Assembly (NCBI GenBank): GCA_964016885.1
Contig: OZ024763.1
Span: 16,678,001-16,742,000, forward strand
Source: Eledone cirrhosa
Lineage: Eukaryota
Length of the DNA stretch: 64,000 nt
Direction of reading: 5' to 3'
Position numbers and translations under genes: made by a program. The notes under the pieces were generated by a model. It had not been told where the DNA came from. It made no database searches and worked only from the letters and a program-made list of their open reading frames with translations. Of the stretch, positions 59,547 through 64,000 are shown in pieces (position 1 is the stretch's first letter; each line of letters opens with the position of its first letter).

Positions 59547-59890
59547 ATCATCATCATCATCATCATCATTTTGCGTCCGCTTTTCCCTGCTTGCAAGGGT
59601 GGGACGGGAACTGATTCTGGCTTGATTTCTACAGCTGGATGCCCTTCCTAACACCAACCTCATTTACAGTGAGTGCTGGGTGCTTTTTTTGCCGTGGCAC
59701 CTCCACGACCACTTTGCAGTGGAATGATATGGACCCCAGTCCCTATCATCTCATTTCTACAGCTGAGTAAACTGGAGCAATGTGAAATAAAGTGTCTTGC
59801 TCAAGGAAACAACACATCACCCGGTCTGAGAATTGAACTCACAACCTTTCGATTGCAAGGCCAATACTCTAACCACTAAGCCATGTGCCT
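59547..59890 (-). mobile_element. Full-length SINE family A
   Basis: Near-identical to 58567-58924. Confidence 0.92.
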
Positions 59891-60170
59891 TCATATATGT
59901 ATATATATATATATACATGTGTATATATATGTATATATATATATATACATGTGTATATATATATATATATATATATACATGTGTATATATATGTATATAT
60001 ATATGTGTGTGTGTATGTCTGCATACTTATTTTTATGTATCAGATGTGCTAGTGCGAGAAATAAAATTCTTATATGTACACACGCATATATATATATATT
60101 TATATGTATGTATATATATATATATACATATATAGAATATTTACATATATATATATATATATGTATATAT

Positions 60171-60201
<31 letters not shown>

Positions 60202-60239
60202 TACATATATATATGTACATATAAATATATATATATATA

Positions 60240-62333
60240 ATAGTTGCTGAGATGCTGAAAGCATCTGGAACGGTGGGACACACCATGGTCACCCGGATAG
60301 TTAACCAAGTCGTACAGAATGGGGTTGTTCCGAAGGACTGGCGTAGCAGCATCATCGTTAACTGCTATAAGGGAAAAGGAGATGCCCTAGATAGGAGTAA
60401 CTATAGAGGCATTAAATTAATCGACCAGGTCATGAAGGTCACGGAAAAAGTAATAGCGCAACTAATCAGAGAGAGAATTGATCTAGATGAAATGCAGTTC
60501 GGGTTTGTGTCAGGCAAAAGTACCACAGACGCTCTTTTCATTGTACGACAACTACAGGAGAAGTACCTAGCTAAAAGTAAACCCCTATACTTAGCTTTCG
60601 TCGACTTGGAGAAAGCCTTCGACAGAGTCCCCCGTTCCATTATCTGGTGGTCTCTTAGAAAACTAGGTGTTGACGAATGGCTTGTGAGAGCTATACAAGC
60701 CATGTATAAAGAAACAGTCAGTAAGGTTAGAATTAACAACGAATATAGTGAAGAGTTTAGCGTAAAAGTTGGTGTCCATCAGGGCTCTGTTCTTAGCCCC
60801 CTACTATTTATTATTGCCCTTCAGGCTATAACAGAGGAGTTCAAGACCGGCTGCCCATGGGAACTCCTATACGCAGATGATCTAACGCTCATAGCTGAAT
60901 CAATGACCGAACTAGAGAAGAAATTCCAAACATGGAAGCACGGCCTAGAATCAAAAGGCCTTAAAATTAACCTGGCTAAGACAAAAGTTCTAGTTTGTAG
61001 GAAAGAAAATATGGCGGCAGTCCCATCTGGGAAATGGCCATGCTCAGTGTGTAGGAAAGGCGTAGGTAGAAACTCCATTTTATGTCCCAAATGCAAAGTA
61101 TGGGTGCATAAAAGATGTAGTGGGATCACAGGTAAGCTAACTAAGAACATAGATTTTACATGTGGCCGGTGCTCTGGTGCAATAAGTAGCAGCAAGTGCC
61201 CACAAAATACTAGCTCCTTCAACTGCGCAGAGGGTTCTATAGAAATAGTGGACAGCTTCCGTTACCTGGGTGACAAAATCAGCAGTGGGGGAGGGTGCTC
61301 TGAAAGTACAGTAGCTAGAGTCAGAACTGGATGGAAAAAGTTCAGAGAGCTTATACCACTATTAGCCGCTAGAGGGTTCTCCCTAAAAATGAAAGGCAGG
61401 TTATACGATGCCTGCATACGAACAGCAATGCTGCATGGCAGTGAGACCTGGGCATTGTGTGCAGAGGATATACGCAGACTAGAGAGGAACGAAGCTTGCA
61501 TGCTCCGCTGGATGTGCAATAGTAATATACGTGAACGGCAAAGCATAAACGAACTAAGGAAAAAATTAGAAATAAGAGGGATCAGATGTTGTTTACTCGA
61601 GAGAAGGCTACGTTGGTACGGTCACGTGATGCGCATGAAAGACGACAGCTGTATAACAAAGTGCAGGGCAATAAAGATAGACGGTAGCCACGGAGTAGGC
61701 AGACCCAGAAAAACATGGGACGAGCTGATAAATTCCGACCTCACACGCTTACACCTCTCCAAGACAATGTCACTGGACCGAGACCTTTGGCGGTACTCAG
61801 TAATAGAGAAGACCCGCCTTACCTAAATACAAAGTAAAAACCTACTACAGTCAGTAGGCATCTCTATCAAACCCCCCCCCCCCCCCCGTCCCACCACCTC
61901 CACCCCATCCACACCGCCCTTTTCAATGTACAGTTATGTTGGTCCCACAACATCCAGGCCGAAACAAATGAGATCGTGTAGGTGTCACGACAAAAAAACA
62001 CACAGTCCACGCTGTAAATGTGGCCGTGTAGGCAACACGGTAAAAACCTCCCAGCCCCACACTGTAAATGTGGTTGGTGTTAGGAAGGGCATCCAGCTGT
62101 AGAAAACCCGCCAGACAGTCCACGCTGTAATGTGGCCGTGTAGGCAACACGGTAAAAACCTCCCAGCCCCACACTGTAAATGTGGTTGGTGTTAGGAAGG
62201 GCATCCAACTGTAGAAAACCCGCCAGACAGTCCTATGCGAGCAAGACAACAACTCTTGCCTCAAGTGGGAAAACCCCCGTCCAAACCCATGCAAGCGTGG
62301 AACACGGACGCTAAACCTGATGATGATGATGAT
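60240..62333 (+). mobile_element. 5'-truncated RTE LINE family A, probably young; ORF plus ~500-bp 3'UTR and (GAT)n tail
   Basis: Uninterrupted RT ORF; inserted in (TA)n; 3'UTR has an internal duplication of about 120 bp. Confidence 0.93.
60252..61826 (+). CDS. RTE-clade reverse transcriptase ORF (N-terminally truncated, no endonuclease) with an internal PHD-type zinc finger
   Basis: YKGKGD..NYRGIKL; QFGF; [14 protein letters not shown]; [13 protein letters not shown]; LLYADDL; FRYLG; GSETW; [11 protein letters not shown]; GRPRKTW. Confidence 0.9.
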   Translation: MLKASGTVGHTMVTRIVNQVVQNGVVPKDWRSSIIVNCYKGKGDALDRSNYRGIKLIDQVMKVTEKVIAQLIRERIDLDEMQFGFVSGKSTTDALFIVRQLQEKYLAKSKPLYLAFVDLEKAFDRVPRSIIWWSLRKLGVDEWLVRAIQAMYKETVSKVRINNEYSEEFSVKVGVHQGSVLSPLLFIIALQAITEEFKTGCPWELLYADDLTLIAESMTELEKKFQTWKHGLESKGLKINLAKTKVLVCRKENMAAVPSGKWPCSVCRKGVGRNSILCPKCKVWVHKRCSGITGKLTKNIDFTCGRCSGAISSSKCPQNTSSFNCAEGSIEIVDSFRYLGDKISSGGGCSESTVARVRTGWKKFRELIPLLAARGFSLKMKGRLYDACIRTAMLHGSETWALCAEDIRRLERNEACMLRWMCNSNIRERQSINELRKKLEIRGIRCCLLERRLRWYGHVMRMKDDSCITKCRAIKIDGSHGVGRPRKTWDELINSDLTRLHLSKTMSLDRDLWRYSVIEKTRLT

Positions 62334-62852
62334 ATATATATATATAGATGATGATATGATATGATGATGATGATGATGATGATATATGTATGTGTGTGTA
62401 TATATATATATATATTGTATGTGTATGTATTTATATATCCGTATGTATGCAAGTATATACACGTGTGTGTGGGTATTGTGCTATGTATATATATATATAT
62501 ATATGTGTGCGTGTGTGTGTATATCAAAACGTGTGTGTGCGTGTGTGTATGTATATATATATGTGTGTGTGTGTATATATGTGTGTGTGTGTATATATAT
62601 ATATGTGTGTATGTAGTTTGTAAAAAGCAAAACAACTTAAAACACAAACCCCCCTCAATATTTTTTCATTTGTATTTTTTCATCTCTTAAAACTAAACTA
62701 TTATTATGATTGTGTGTGTGTATATATATATGTATCTTTTCATATATATATATATATATATTATATATAATATATATATATATATGTACCCGATCTCCCA
62801 TGGGTACAAGCTGAAGCATACAGACAATATGCCCCCACACCCTCCCAATGCA

Positions 62853-63098
62853 AGGTGGTCGTGGAGGTGCCACGGCAAAAAAGCACCCAGCCCACACTGT
62901 AAAGTGGACGTGTAGGCGCCACGGAAAAAGCACCCAGCACTCACTGTAAATGAGGTTGGTGTTAGGAAGGGCATCCAGCTGTAGAAATCAAGCCAAATCA
63001 GTTCCTGTATCAGCTGACCAGACACTGCCCACAACAGGACAACCCGTCTAACCCATGCTAGCGTAGAAGAACGGACGTAAAACGGTGATGATGATGAT
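62853..63098 (+). mobile_element. SINE 3' part with two copies of the 48-49-bp module
   Basis: gccacggcaaaaaagcacccagc twice, then gttaggaagggcatccagctgtagaaatc and a (GAT)n tail. Confidence 0.85.
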
Positions 63099-63166
63099 AT
63101 ATGTATATATGTATATATATATGTATATATTTGTGTATATATATATATATATATATACACATACAC

Positions 63167-63207
<41 letters not shown>

Positions 63208-63242
63208 TATATATATATCTGTATATATATATACACATTATG

Positions 63243-63274
<32 letters not shown>

Positions 63275-63289
63275 CACATTATATATGTA

Positions 63290-63997
63290 TGCAGTAGATG
63301 TACAGGGAAATTAGACAGTAGAAGTCGCATTGATAGACACATTTTTCAGATGCAGGAGGGCGCTATAGAAGTGGTGGATAGCTTCCGGTACCTAGGAGAT
63401 CAGATTAGCATGGGAGGAGGGTGTTCCGAAGCCATAGTATCTAGAATAAGGACGGGTTGGAAGAAGTTTAGGGAGCTGCTTCCTCTGTTGACGAAGAAGG
63501 GTTTCTTCCTGCATACGAAAGGCCGGTTATATGATGCCTGTGTGAGGAGCGCGATGCTGCATGGTAGTGAGACATGGGCAGCAACTGCAGAGGATATGTG
63601 ACGGCTGGTGAGAAATGAGGCAAGCATGCTCCGTTGGATGTGCAATGTCAATGTGCGTGAACGACCCAGCATGGATGTGTTGAGAGAGAAACTGTATCTG
63701 AGAGGGATGGTATATAGTGTGCTAGAGAGGAGACTGAGGTGGTATGGACATGTGATGCGCATGGAGGATGACCGATGGGTGAAGAAGTGCCAGGAAATCC
63801 CAGTTGAGGGAAGACGTGGTAGAGGTAGACCACGAAAAACATGGGCGGAGGTGGTGAGAACAGACCTCAGATCGCTGAAGTTCACGGTGGAGATGACGAA
63901 GGACCGTGACGAGTGGAGAGATGCTGTGCTGAATAAAACCCGTCCCACCCTTGCAAGCAGGGAAGAGCGGACGTAAAATGATGATGATGATGATGAT
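63290..63997 (+). mobile_element. 5'-truncated RTE LINE family B, 3' end
   Basis: [34 protein letters not shown]; one in-frame stop; [19 protein letters not shown]; tail cccgtcccacccttgcaagcagggaagagcggacgtaaaatgatgat. Confidence 0.92.
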
Positions 63998-64000
63998 ATA

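Noticed and set aside
60252-61826. Autonomous active LINE or domesticated RT gene
   Set aside because: 5'-truncated at a (TA)n tract with no endonuclease domain or promoter; the intact frame is best explained by recent insertion

Overview
Repeat-saturated animal DNA, probably intronic or intergenic. The repeat repertoire suggests an octopod cephalopod (inference). Roughly two thirds of the window is (TA)n/(CA)n/(TATG)n/(GA)n/(GAT)n/(CCA)n micro- and minisatellite, which explains almost all long ORFs in the track as artefacts. No host gene is confidently identifiable; three weak minus-strand micro-exon candidates are noted. Mobile elements present: several RTE-clade LINE families, CR1 fragments, an Ingi/Vingi-like LINE 3' end interrupted by a solo LTR, two tRNA-derived SINE families (one with a CORE-like domain), and piggyBac-like and hAT-like MITEs. 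One RTE has a 524-aa open RT ORF with a PHD-type finger inside the RT; another ends in three C2H2 fingers. Satellites derive from retroelement pieces: 49 bp x ~65, 47 bp x ~7 and x ~16, and 123 bp x 11. The most notable signal is a set of short, mostly TA-microsatellite-embedded, often palindromic elements from several unrelated families carrying minimal type I hammerhead ribozyme motifs with palindromic stem III, as in Penelope-like elements and retrozymes. One palindromic family has a U3-A8 core variant.
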